Origin: Myxococcales bacterium
Lineage (GTDB): Bacteria; Desulfobacterota; Binatia; HRBIN30
Direction: 5' to 3'
Assembly (NCBI GenBank): GCA_037445065.1
Contig: JBBILD010000004.1
Location: forward strand, 160,001-224,000
DNA: 64,000 bases
Each line of letters opens with the position of its first letter. The stretch's first letter is position 1. Below, one piece after another: positions 35,710 through 45,298 of the stretch. Position numbers and translations under genes: made by a program. The notes below the pieces were generated by a model, which saw only the letters and a program-made list of their open reading frames with translations, searched no databases and was not told the DNA's origin.

Positions 35710-38007
35710 TTAGGGCTCGCAGACCAAGATGGAGTGCCACCATTTGCACGAGCCTGCCGAGCCCAGGCGGTCGATGGCCGAACCCATGTGGGTCCAAGTC
35801 ACGGTGACCGGACCGGAAGAAATCGCAGCGAAGGTGCGTCCGCGGCACTGCAGACGCCAGGAGTAGCTTCCCGACACCCCGCGCGCGGGGCGCACGACCA
35901 CTTCGCGCATGCGGTCGGTGCTGACACAGCGGACTCCACCCCGGCGCAGGGGTGCGCACTCGCCCGGGATCCAATCATACGTTTCCGCGAGCGACCCACT
36001 ATCCTCAACCCGAATCCGCAGCCCGGCGGACACATCCAGGGCGGCGGGGTCCAGCGCCACGTATTGACCTCGGGCGCGCACGCGGCCATTGTCGGTGGCA
36101 AGGCTCGTGTCGGGGCGGAGGGAGACCCGATTTACCGTCAAGGGTGCGTCGCTGGCGTCGCAAACATCCCCTGCACCGTCCGAGTCGAGATCCTCTTGAG
36201 CGGGATTGGCGATGGTCGGACAGTTGTCAGACACATCTGGCACACCATCGCCGTCCGCATCTACAGGTGCGGAGGATGTCGGGGTAAGGCTCGCTGCCGG
36301 CGTGTTCGAGGGAGGAGGACTCGTAGCGGTCCTTGTCGCCGTGGCGGTGAAAGAGGAAGTGGGTGAGAAGCTTGGCGCTGGGGGAAGCACGGTGGGCGTG
36401 AATGTGGGCGAAGGGGTGAGGGACCACGTAGCGGTCCGTGTCAGCGTCGGCGTTGCGGTAGGGCCGCCCACCTGAATCGTGGCACCGCTGCGGTTGCAGG
36501 GAAACAAGCCCCCTCCGTCCCTCTGCAATTCACAAGCGGGCACACCGCTCGAACCGCAGAACACGGTGGCGAACTCGAGTGAGGTGACTCCGCTACCCGC
36601 GCCTTGGAACTGGATGGTGGCCAGGTCTGGGTTGTTGGCCGGGAATTGGTGATTCGGGCAACTGATCGCGATACAGATCTTGCCTGCATCCGCCCCGTTC
36701 GCTTGCGCCATGCACCAGGGGGGTGTGTTCATCGTCAGGCCCTGCAACGAGAGGACGTTGGGGTCGTACGTGAGTCCAAATGTATAGTAAATGATCTCGT
36801 TGGTGTCGTTGATGTGAAGTTGGACGGAGATGTTCTCGCCCGGGGCGATGGAAGCACTCGCCGGAACCAGGCTCACAGAGCGAGCGGGTAATGGCGTCGG
36901 TGTTGCGCAAGTGTTTGCGTGGCTGCACACTCCGGTTTCCAACTGGCAGGTGTCTGTGGTGCAGTCGAGGCGGTCATCGCAGTCCGCATCTGCCGTGCAA
37001 AACGGCTTGATGAACTGTCCGAGGCTCCACGGCGAGGCGCCGACGGGGATCGTTGCGATCACTGTGGCAGTTTGAACGTCAACCACGGACACGGTGTCGC
37101 TCCCCGTGTTTGCGACGTAGACGCGACGCCCATCTGGGTGGGCGGCGACGCCGCGCGGCTGGAGTCCCACGAGCACAGTCCCCACTACCGTATCTGAGGC
37201 GATGTCGATGATCGAGAGCGTGCCAGAACCGGTATTCGTCACGTACAACTGGGTGGAGTCGGGACTCACCGCGACCCCGTACGGCTGGGTGCCCACGGGA
37301 ATCGACTTGAGATACGGGTACGGGTAGCGAGTTGGGTCCCAGGACCGAACTGCATCCGCACCTTCGTCCGCAAAGTAAACCTGGCGATGACCGCCGCCCG
37401 GGCCGCCGGTGACAGCGATCCCGTTCGGTGAAGTTCCCGGAGCCACCATGTTCCACTGCAAGTCCGGCGGAGGGGCAATCTCAGCGTAGCCAGGTCCATT
37501 TGCACCGCTCCCCCCGGGGCCGGCATGCACGGAGACGTAGACGTTCCCCTCCGCGTCGGCCACCACACCGAGCGGGACGCTGGCAAAGTACCCGATTCCG
37601 GCAAGGAAGCTCAGCCCCACGGCGTTGTACGCGAAAACCGTGTCGCTCGTCCGGTTGGTCACGTAAAAGTATGCGCCATCTGGGCTCACTGCTACGCCGA
37701 AAGCACCACTTCCGACCGCAGTTCCTGAAAGCGGGGTGGAAACGCTCAGCGAGGTGAGGTCTACGACCGATATGGACTGGCTTCCCGAATTGACGACATA
37801 GCCCTTCGTTCCACTGGGATCGACGGCAACGCCCGTTGGCGCGGCCTGAACGTTTACGGTTGCGATCACTTGATCGGTCGCCGTGTCGATTACGCTGACC
37901 GTATTGTCCCCGGAGTTGGTAATCAAAGCGCGCGGAGCCGCGAGTGCGTTGCCGCTAAAACAACAAAAACACACCAGCCCGACCCAATGTCGCGAAGCCC
38001 GTTTCAT
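35710..38007 (-). CDS. Exported YVTN beta-propeller protein with Cys-rich repeat, cohesin-like domain, Pro/Thr linker and TSP3-like repeat
   Basis: Signal peptide; YVVN/YVTN/YVAN repeats; CDDRLDCTTDTC; LTYDPNVL; DADGDGVPDVSDNCP..ANPAQEDLDSDGAGDVCD. Confidence 0.85.
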   Translation of the reverse strand: MKRASRHWVGLVCFCCFSGNALAAPRALITNSGDNTVSVIDTATDQVIATVNVQAAPTGVAVDPSGTKGYVVNSGSQSISVVDLTSLSVSTPLSGTAVGSGAFGVAVSPDGAYFYVTNRTSDTVFAYNAVGLSFLAGIGYFASVPLGVVADAEGNVYVSVHAGPGGSGANGPGYAEIAPPPDLQWNMVAPGTSPNGIAVTGGPGGGHRQVYFADEGADAVRSWDPTRYPYPYLKSIPVGTQPYGVAVSPDSTQLYVTNTGSGTLSIIDIASDTVVGTVLVGLQPRGVAAHPDGRRVYVANTGSDTVSVVDVQTATVIATIPVGASPWSLGQFIKPFCTADADCDDRLDCTTDTCQLETGVCSHANTCATPTPLPARSVSLVPASASIAPGENISVQLHINDTNEIIYYTFGLTYDPNVLSLQGLTMNTPPWCMAQANGADAGKICIAISCPNHQFPANNPDLATIQFQGAGSGVTSLEFATVFCGSSGVPACELQRDGGGLFPCNRSGATIQVGGPTATPTLTRTATWSLTPSPTFTPTVLPPAPSFSPTSSFTATATRTATSPPPSNTPAASLTPTSSAPVDADGDGVPDVSDNCPTIANPAQEDLDSDGAGDVCDASDAPLTVNRVSLRPDTSLATDNGRVRARGQYVALDPAALDVSAGLRIRVEDSGSLAETYDWIPGECAPLRRGGVRCVSTDRMREVVVRPARGVSGSYSWRLQCRGRTFAAISSGPVTVTWTHMGSAIDRLGSAGSCKWWHSILVCEP

Positions 38008-38449
38008 GTCCCCTCCCTTGTGAAAGTTTCTGGTAAGCGACGCTAAAAAGCAAGCTTTTATTGCGAGGGCTCGTTCGCGGAGGGTGGTGTGAGTGCCCAG
38101 GAGGCCGCAGGTGCGAAGTCACCGCGGCCCGCACGCTGGGAACTCCTCGAGGTTTGCGGGCATACAACGACTCTCGAGCGCGTGTTCCGATGCCGACGTG
38201 GATGGCCTCGACCCACCTCCGTAGCCGCCCTGTGCGTGTGATCGAGAGCGGCCGGCCAAAACCGTTCGCTCATTACGGATGAGGGACATGGGTGCGCCGG
38301 GACCACCGCAGGGAAACGGCCTGGGGTAGGGGTTGGAGGTGGACGCTGGTACGGAGGCTGTGCGGCGGGGGAGTATGGGAGCGCGCGCGGTTGACCAGAG
38401 GGGAAGCCTGCGTTGCAAACGTTGCGCATCGAGATTAGCTAGCCGGCGC

Positions 38450-39187
38450 ATGGCTACCGGCTTATCGCGAGCGCGCCTTTACCTCGTAGGTCGCCTGGCT
38501 GCGATTCCGCGCGATCACTTCCTGAAGCGTTTGGCCCGCTCGCTTGGGGTTGGGCGTTGGCTGGGCTTGTCCGACAAGTACTATTCGGAGCTTTCGTGGC
38601 AAAATCGCTGGGCCCCGGTCTTCGCCAAAAACCGCGAGAAAGTACGCGAGTACTGGCAGAAGTACCGATACTTCGATGAGATCCTGGCCATGGTCTCGTT
38701 AGACGAGCACAGTAGGGTGCTCGACGTAGGCTGTGGCATCAGCACCGTGCTGCATTTCTTGCCTGGCCAGCGCTTTGGGATCGATCCACTCGCCGACGAG
38801 TACAAGCGGATCTATTCGTACCCTGCAGGCATCGAAGTGCGCCAGGGCTACGGCGAGCAGATTCCCTTCCCCGACCAGTGGTTCGACGCTGTCTTTTGCT
38901 CCAATGTGCTGGATCACACCTCGGAGCCAGACCGGGTGCTGGCGGAGATCCGCCGGGCGCTGCGCCCGGCAGGGTTTCTGGTCCTCACCGTGGAAGTGTT
39001 CCCGCACGCGCAAGAGCGCGATTTGTCGCACCCGCATGCGTTTACCCGCGAGGAAGTGTTGGACAAACTCTCTGCGTTCCAGGTTCTGTTCCAGCGGGAA
39101 AGCCCGTGGATCATGCTCATGCATTACGTTGACGGTTCGATGCGCGTCGAAGGAGAGCAGCTCATCCTGGTGGCGCGGAAGAAGTGA
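38450..39187 (+). CDS. Class I SAM-dependent methyltransferase
   Basis: VLDVGCG, IPFPDQWFDAV, VLDH, LRPAG. Confidence 0.9.
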   Translation: MATGLSRARLYLVGRLAAIPRDHFLKRLARSLGVGRWLGLSDKYYSELSWQNRWAPVFAKNREKVREYWQKYRYFDEILAMVSLDEHSRVLDVGCGISTVLHFLPGQRFGIDPLADEYKRIYSYPAGIEVRQGYGEQIPFPDQWFDAVFCSNVLDHTSEPDRVLAEIRRALRPAGFLVLTVEVFPHAQERDLSHPHAFTREEVLDKLSAFQVLFQRESPWIMLMHYVDGSMRVEGEQLILVARKK

Positions 39188-40227
39188 TGCGCAGACCTGT
39201 GCGCGTGCTCGTGCTGAACCAGGAAGCGCATCGGGAACTCCTCGTGCGTTCCTGTGCGAATCTGCCAGTGGAACTCGTGTTGCATGACTTCCCGGTTCCG
39301 TGGGCCGAAGTCGCAGCGCGGCGAGCTGGCAATTGGCAGGACGTGCCGGAGCCTCTGCCTACAGAGGCCCTGCGCAGTGAGTTGGCGCGGGCCGAGGTGC
39401 TGTTCGCATTCGCGCCCCCGCGCCGCACGGCTGAGCTTGCCCCGCACCTGCGCTGGGTCGAAACCCCAGCCACTGGCTACGACCAGTTGAACGGCACCGG
39501 CGTCTTGGAGGCTCCGGGGGTGCGCGTGACCACGGTGGGCGGTCTGTTCGCCGCGTCGGTTGCGGAGCACGCGTGGGCGCTCATCCTTGCCCTGTTGCGG
39601 CGCTTACCTTTGTTTCTGGAAGCACAACGGGGGAGGCGCTGGGAGCAGGCTCCGGTGGGGGAGCTACGCGGGCGTACCCTCGGCATCGTGGGCTACGGGA
39701 ACATCGGCCGCGCAGTGGCGCGGATGGCGAGGGGTTTCGGGATGCGGGTTCTGGCGACCCGCTCCTCGCGCCCAGGTGAGGAAGAGAATGTGGATGAGTT
39801 TTTTGCCCGCCACGACCTGCACGTGTTGCTGGCGCGCAGCGACATCGTCGTGGTTACGGTTCGCGGCGAGCCGGCCAACGATGCTTTGTTCGGGGCGCGG
39901 GAGTTCGCTGTCATGCGCGACGGGGCGTGGTTTATCAACGTGGCGCGCGGCTCGGTGGTTGACGAGCAGGCCCTGTGTGAGGCGTTGCGCTCTGGGAAGC
40001 TCGCTGGGGCAGGTCTCGACGTGTTTCGTAAAGAACCTTTGCCGGCGGACCACCGCTTGTGGGCCATGCCGAATGTGGTCCTCACGCCTCATGTCGCCAT
40101 GCATGTGCCCGACCGTATGGAACGGTGCGTTCAGCACTTCTGCCAAAACCTGCGCCGTTACTGCGCGGCGGAGCCACTGCTCGACGAGGTGCCGTTCACG
40201 CAGCGGACAGTAGAGGCAAAGCTGTGA
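39184..40227 (+). CDS. D-2-hydroxyacid dehydrogenase
   Basis: VAEHA, GIVGYGNIG, INVARG, LDVF..EPL, TPHVA. Confidence 0.93.
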   Translation: MMRRPVRVLVLNQEAHRELLVRSCANLPVELVLHDFPVPWAEVAARRAGNWQDVPEPLPTEALRSELARAEVLFAFAPPRRTAELAPHLRWVETPATGYDQLNGTGVLEAPGVRVTTVGGLFAASVAEHAWALILALLRRLPLFLEAQRGRRWEQAPVGELRGRTLGIVGYGNIGRAVARMARGFGMRVLATRSSRPGEEENVDEFFARHDLHVLLARSDIVVVTVRGEPANDALFGAREFAVMRDGAWFINVARGSVVDEQALCEALRSGKLAGAGLDVFRKEPLPADHRLWAMPNVVLTPHVAMHVPDRMERCVQHFCQNLRRYCAAEPLLDEVPFTQRTVEAKL

Positions 40228-40939
40228 GTTGGGTGACCTCCCGGATCACCCACTTGGCCGGCGGGCGCTCCGTCTCGCCGGCAGCCGTGTGAATCCACAC
40301 TGCGTCCATACCAGCCCCAGTGGCCCCCAGCACGTCTTCCTCCCAACTATCGCCGACGAATAAGGCGTGGCTGGCGCCAACGCCAGTTGCAGCGAGGGCT
40401 TGGTGGAAGATTTCTGCCCGAGGCTTCCGCCAGCCGGCTTCCGCGGAAACCACGACGGCAGAAAAAAAACGCGTGAGGCCGGAACGTTCGAGCAGTTGTC
40501 GAACGGCAAGCGGGTCGTCGAAGTTGGACACCACTGCAAGCCGGAAGCGCGCTGCCAGGCTCTTCACGAGCTGCGGGACGCTCGGGTATGGCTGGCAGTT
40601 CTGGACCACGTGCTGGCGGTGAACCGCAGCCACGATTCGACCGCATCGAGCAATGTCGGACTGCGAGTAACCGAGACGGCTCAGCGCTGCAGCCAATCGT
40701 TCCTCCAGGCGGCGTTCGCGGCAGCTAGCGACCGCTTCCCGCCGGAAAGCTCGGGTGACTTCTTCGAATGCAGTGAGGAATGCGTCGCGGTCGAGTTCCG
40801 GCAAGGAAGGAGCCACATCCGCTAGCACCGCTTCCACAGCAGGCCGCCAACCCGGTTCGTCGGCCCGCATCATCGGTGCGGCAGGGCCGACTTCGAACAA
40901 AGTACGAAAACAATCGAACAGAATCGCTTGGTAGCCCAT
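40196..40939 (-). CDS. HAD family hydrolase
   Basis: LFDCFRTL, VVSN, WRKP..IF, FVGDSWEEDV. Confidence 0.88.
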   Translation of the reverse strand: MGYQAILFDCFRTLFEVGPAAPMMRADEPGWRPAVEAVLADVAPSLPELDRDAFLTAFEEVTRAFRREAVASCRERRLEERLAAALSRLGYSQSDIARCGRIVAAVHRQHVVQNCQPYPSVPQLVKSLAARFRLAVVSNFDDPLAVRQLLERSGLTRFFSAVVVSAEAGWRKPRAEIFHQALAATGVGASHALFVGDSWEEDVLGATGAGMDAVWIHTAAGETERPPAKWVIREVTQLTALPLLSAA

Positions 40940-41088
40940 CGCTCTGAACACCCTTCCGGCGAAGGCAGGCTCTGTAGCGAGTCGCGGGCGACAAGGCGAG
41001 GCAAACGATGCGCGCGGCAGGGGGTAGGCAAGCCTGCTTGCCCTGTCGTTGCGATCAGGGAAGAAATGCACGACAACCAACGACAACC

Positions 41089-42285
41089 ATGGGACGAATG
41101 CTTCGCAATCCGGCAGTGGTCCTGAACTGCGAGACCGGTGGGATCGGTATCCTGCACTCCCTGGCTGGCAGCGGGATCGATATTGTCACGGTGGAGCGCG
41201 ACTGGCCGCCCGCTTTCGGCCGTTGGTCGCGTTACCCGAAGCTGCGCCTCACCTACCGGCCGTGGCGGGGGGAGTCGTTGGTGGATGCTCTGCTCCGCTT
41301 GCGCGGTTCGTTCGAGGGCCGCGGTGTGCTGTTTCCGAGCACCGATGCCGACTTGGCGGTCCTCATCGAGCATCGCTCTCAGCTCGAGCCGGCGTATCAC
41401 ATCCCAGCGGCGGAACCCATCGGCATGCGGATCTTCGAGAAGAACTGGCAGTACGAGCTGGCCGAGCAGGTTGGAGTCCCGATGCCCCGGCACGTTCGCT
41501 TCAGGGCCGGCGAGTTTCCGAAGGTGCAAGGACTGCGCTTTCCCCTCGTCGTCAAACCATCGGCGCGTGCGAGCGGGGCGCGGGCAAAGACGTTCCGATT
41601 GAAAGTTTGCCGCGATGAGCAGGAGCTGGGCCACACTTTGCGCGAGCTCGCGCGCGAGCACGAGGGGCGTGCCTTCCAGGTGAGCGAAAATATCCCGGGA
41701 GAGCCAACCCGGTTGGTCACTGTGGGATCGTACAGCGACCGCAGCGGCAAGGTCCTACGGTCGTTCATCGGGCGCAAGGTCACGCAGTTTCCGTACTATT
41801 ACGGCGAGGCTAGCGTGGCTGAAGCCCTGAGTCCGATTCCTGAAGTGTTAGATAGCGCGCGGCGACTGTTGGAGGCCGCGGGGTTTCACGGGATTAGTCA
41901 AGTCGAGTTCAAGTACGACGAGCGGGACAGTACCTACAAGCTGATCGAAATCAATCCCCGTTCGTGGTCGTGGATCAAGCTGGCGACGCGTGCTGGGGTC
42001 AACTTGCCCTTGATCCAGTATTGGGACCTCGTCGGCGACGCGCGACTGCAGGAGGCGCTCGCCCAACCGCAAGAGGATCGATGGTTTTTCGTGTACTACT
42101 TTTACGTGCGCCGCAACCGCCTAGAGAGCGAACGCCGCCAGATCGCGGAACTGGCGCGCAGGAAAACCATGGTACCCGCAGTGGACGATGACGGGGAGCG
42201 CTGGCTACCGTTCGTGCATCGCGCTGTCTCTTTGGTCAAACTGTTGCGGCGGCACCGTGCCTCGATCTCGGCTCCCACGCCGTAA
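41089..42285 (+). CDS. ATP-grasp carboxylate-amine ligase (D-aspartate ligase-like)
   Basis: FPLVVKP, ENIPG, VEFKYDERD, LIEINPR, AGVNLP. Confidence 0.85.
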   Translation: MGRMLRNPAVVLNCETGGIGILHSLAGSGIDIVTVERDWPPAFGRWSRYPKLRLTYRPWRGESLVDALLRLRGSFEGRGVLFPSTDADLAVLIEHRSQLEPAYHIPAAEPIGMRIFEKNWQYELAEQVGVPMPRHVRFRAGEFPKVQGLRFPLVVKPSARASGARAKTFRLKVCRDEQELGHTLRELAREHEGRAFQVSENIPGEPTRLVTVGSYSDRSGKVLRSFIGRKVTQFPYYYGEASVAEALSPIPEVLDSARRLLEAAGFHGISQVEFKYDERDSTYKLIEINPRSWSWIKLATRAGVNLPLIQYWDLVGDARLQEALAQPQEDRWFFVYYFYVRRNRLESERRQIAELARRKTMVPAVDDDGERWLPFVHRAVSLVKLLRRHRASISAPTP

Positions 42286-42462
42286 ATGGGGCTAGGCCTC
42301 GGCGTGTACGCCCTCCTTGGTCGCCACCCGGAATGGACTGCGCGCGGCCTTCCACAAAACAACCAGCGCCGTAGAAGAGCGATCCTGCCGGTCGGTGCGA
42401 GCAGGAGGCGGCGCTGCACGTCCCCTTGCGTGGCTGTAGGCATACCGGTAGCAACTTGGCCT

Positions 42463-43344
42463 ATGTCGCAGAAAGATGGATTTCAGCGTTTCCACGGAAC
42501 CCCGGGCTACATTGCTTCGCCTGCGTTGGTGGATGCGGTCAATTGCGCAATTGCCTTGGAACGCCCTCTGTTGATCAAAGGGGAGCCGGGAACCGGTAAG
42601 ACGATTTTGGCTCGCCACGTAGCCGAGGGGCTGGGGCTGAAGATGCTTGCCTGGCATATCAAGTCGACTTCGAAGGCGGCGGAGGGCCTGTACGTGTACG
42701 ACACGGTGCAGCGGTTGAATGACAGCCGGTTCGGTACCGGCGATGTTTCCGATATCCGCCGCTACATCAAGCTGGGTCCGCTCGGGCAGGCGTTTGCGTC
42801 GCCCGATCGGGTGGTGCTGCTGATTGACGAAATTGACAAAGCCGATCTCGAGTTCCCGAATGATTTGCTGCGCGAACTCGACGAGATGCGGTTCACGATC
42901 ATCGAGACCGGCGAGGAAATCGTGGCCCGCTACCGGCCGATCGTGATCATCACCTCGAACAACGAGAAGGAATTGCCGGATGCGTTTTTGCGCCGCTGCA
43001 TTTTCTATTACATTGATTTCCCCACTCCCGAACTCATGCGCCGCATCGTGGCGGTCCACCACCCTCATCTCGACGCCAAATTGCTGGACCAGGTGCTGAT
43101 CAAGTTTTACTGGCTGCGCGAGCAAAGCGAGCTGCGCAAAAAGCCCTCGACCTCGGAGCTGATCGATTGGATCACCGCCTTGGTGCGAGCAGGGGTGAGC
43201 CTGGAGACGGTGGAACAACACATCCCGTTTGTCGGGGCACTGCTCAAGAAGGAGCAGGACGTGGACGCCCTGCTCCGCTACGACGCGGCCGGTGGCCGCT
43301 TCCCGAAGAGCTGGGCGGAACTCGGCCCGCGCTATCAGCAGTAG
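42463..43344 (+). CDS. MoxR family AAA+ ATPase
   Basis: GEPGTGKT, LLIDEIDKAD, TSNNEKELPDAFLRRC, KKPSTSEL. Confidence 0.94.
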   Translation: MSQKDGFQRFHGTPGYIASPALVDAVNCAIALERPLLIKGEPGTGKTILARHVAEGLGLKMLAWHIKSTSKAAEGLYVYDTVQRLNDSRFGTGDVSDIRRYIKLGPLGQAFASPDRVVLLIDEIDKADLEFPNDLLRELDEMRFTIIETGEEIVARYRPIVIITSNNEKELPDAFLRRCIFYYIDFPTPELMRRIVAVHHPHLDAKLLDQVLIKFYWLREQSELRKKPSTSELIDWITALVRAGVSLETVEQHIPFVGALLKKEQDVDALLRYDAAGGRFPKSWAELGPRYQQ

Positions 43345-43376
43345 GCCCGGGGGGAGTCTGCGAGCGAGGCAAAAGG

Positions 43377-44582
43377 ATGTTCCTGGATTTCTTTTACGGG
43401 CTGCGCGAAGAAGGCGTACCGGTAGGCATTCAGGAGTGGCTGACCTTCATGCGCGCACTCGAGCTCGGCCTGCACCACTCCAGCTTGCTCGGCTTTTATC
43501 ACTTGGGTCGCGCTTGCTTGGTCAAGAGCGAGACCTTCTTCGATGCCTACGACCGGGTCTTCTTGCGTGTCTTCCGCGGTGTGGAGGGCGCCGTGAGCGA
43601 GGAGACCGTGGAGAAGGTCCTTGAATGGCTGCGCGATCCCAAGAATTTCCCCCACCTCTCCCCAGAGGAGTTGGCGCAACTGGAACGGCTCAATCATGAT
43701 GAACTCATGCGCCGCCTCCTCGACACGCTGGCAAAACAGAGCGAGCGCCACGACGGCGGCGACCGGTGGATCGGCACGGGTGGCAAATCCCCGTTTGGGC
43801 ACAGCGGGCAGCACCCGACCGGGATCCGCGTCGGCGGCCCTGCGCGTGGCCGCTCAGCCATGAAAGTGGCAGAGGAACGGCGCTTTCGCGATTACCGCAC
43901 CGACCTCACGTTGGACGTGCGCCAACTGCGCGTGGCCCTGCGCCGCTTGCGCCAGCTCACCCGCTCGGGTGAGGCAACCGAACTGGATCTCGACGAGACT
44001 GTGGACGAAACCTGCCGCAACGCGGGGGAAATCGAACTGGTGTTCCGTCCACCGCGGCGCAACGATGTGCGCTTGCTCTTGCTCATGGACGTCGGTGGCA
44101 CGATGGACCCGTATTACGAGCCGGTAAGCCAGCTTCTCACTGCCCTCCACGAAGAGCGGGGCCTGCGTGCCTTCGAAGCGTACTACTTCCACAACTGTAT
44201 TTACGATCACGTTTACAACAAAGCCCGCATGTTCCGCTCCGATGCAGTGCCGACCGGCGATTTGTTGCGCCGCCTCGATCGGCGCTGGAAAGTGGTGATC
44301 GTCGGTGATGCCTCGATGCACCCGGCGGAACTGCTGGAGCCTTTCGGGAACATTGACCCGCGCCGCGTCTCCCCGACGCCAGGCATCGTGTGGCTGCAAC
44401 GCATCGCCAACCATTTCGAACGGAGCGTTTGGCTCAATCCAGAAAAACCCGCTTACTGGGAGGCAGATACGTGCCGTGTGATCCGCCGCTTGTTCCCCAT
44501 GTTTCACTTGAGCATTGACGGCATGAGCGAGGCCGTACGTACCTTGGTCGGGGCACGGCCCGCCGTGCAGGAAAGGAGGTAG
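43377..44582 (+). CDS. VWA domain protein (CoxE-like MoxR partner)
   Basis: WIGTGGKSPFG, LLMDVGGTM, YFHNC, VGDASM, WLNP. Confidence 0.9.
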   Translation: MFLDFFYGLREEGVPVGIQEWLTFMRALELGLHHSSLLGFYHLGRACLVKSETFFDAYDRVFLRVFRGVEGAVSEETVEKVLEWLRDPKNFPHLSPEELAQLERLNHDELMRRLLDTLAKQSERHDGGDRWIGTGGKSPFGHSGQHPTGIRVGGPARGRSAMKVAEERRFRDYRTDLTLDVRQLRVALRRLRQLTRSGEATELDLDETVDETCRNAGEIELVFRPPRRNDVRLLLLMDVGGTMDPYYEPVSQLLTALHEERGLRAFEAYYFHNCIYDHVYNKARMFRSDAVPTGDLLRRLDRRWKVVIVGDASMHPAELLEPFGNIDPRRVSPTPGIVWLQRIANHFERSVWLNPEKPAYWEADTCRVIRRLFPMFHLSIDGMSEAVRTLVGARPAVQERR

Positions 44583-44586
44583 GGAG

Positions 44587-45225
44587 ATGAAACTTTGGAG
44601 CGAGAGTTTCCCGGACCGCGGTCGCATCCCGGAACGCTGCGCTTTCGGCAAGTACGATCCTCGAGCGCACGTGGCGTTGAGCGAGAATCTCAATCCCCAC
44701 TTGGCGTGGGCGGATTTGCCTGCGGGCACGCGCTCGCTGGTGCTGATCTGTCACGACTCCGACGTGCCCAGCCGCGCTGACGACGTCAACCAGGAAGGGC
44801 GGGTGGTGCCGGCTTCCCTGCCGCGAGTGGATTTCTTCCACTGGGTGTTGGTGGACCTGCCGCCCGATGGGCCGCCGATTTCCGAGGGAGAGTTTTCGCG
44901 CGGCGTCACACCTCGAGGCAAGCCGGGCCCGGAGGGTCCGCGCGGCACGCGACAGGGGCTTAATAATTACACGGATTGGTTTGCATCTGACCCGGATATG
45001 AAGGGCGATTACTTCGGTTACGACGGTCCCTGCCCGCCGTGGAACGATGAAATCGTGCATCATTACCACTTCACGCTCTACGCTGTGGACCTGGCGCGAT
45101 GCCCGTTGGAGGGGCGCTTTGGCGGGCCGCAAGTGATCGAGGCGCTCAAGGGACACGTGCTTGCGCAAGCGCGCATCACCGGGCTTTACGCAATCAACCC
45201 ACAGGCCCGCGAGGTGCAAGTCTGA
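44587..45225 (+). CDS. YbhB/YbcL (PEBP/Raf kinase inhibitor-like) protein
   Basis: NPHLAW, FFHWV, YDGPCPP, HHYHFTLYA. Confidence 0.92.
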   Translation: MKLWSESFPDRGRIPERCAFGKYDPRAHVALSENLNPHLAWADLPAGTRSLVLICHDSDVPSRADDVNQEGRVVPASLPRVDFFHWVLVDLPPDGPPISEGEFSRGVTPRGKPGPEGPRGTRQGLNNYTDWFASDPDMKGDYFGYDGPCPPWNDEIVHHYHFTLYAVDLARCPLEGRFGGPQVIEALKGHVLAQARITGLYAINPQAREVQV

Positions 45226-45298
45226 GGCGCTGAGCTCGCGATCTGCTCGCCGCGGGCACAGGCGCACGAGGCGGTCCCGCCGGATATGCCGGTTCGGA

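Noticed and set aside
36280..36470. Low-complexity repeat-like DNA
   Set aside because: Encodes the Pro/Thr linker of the YVTN protein
41070..41089. 10-bp tandem duplication ACGACAACCA x2 before the ATP-grasp start
   Set aside because: Only two units; too short to support a VNTR or array
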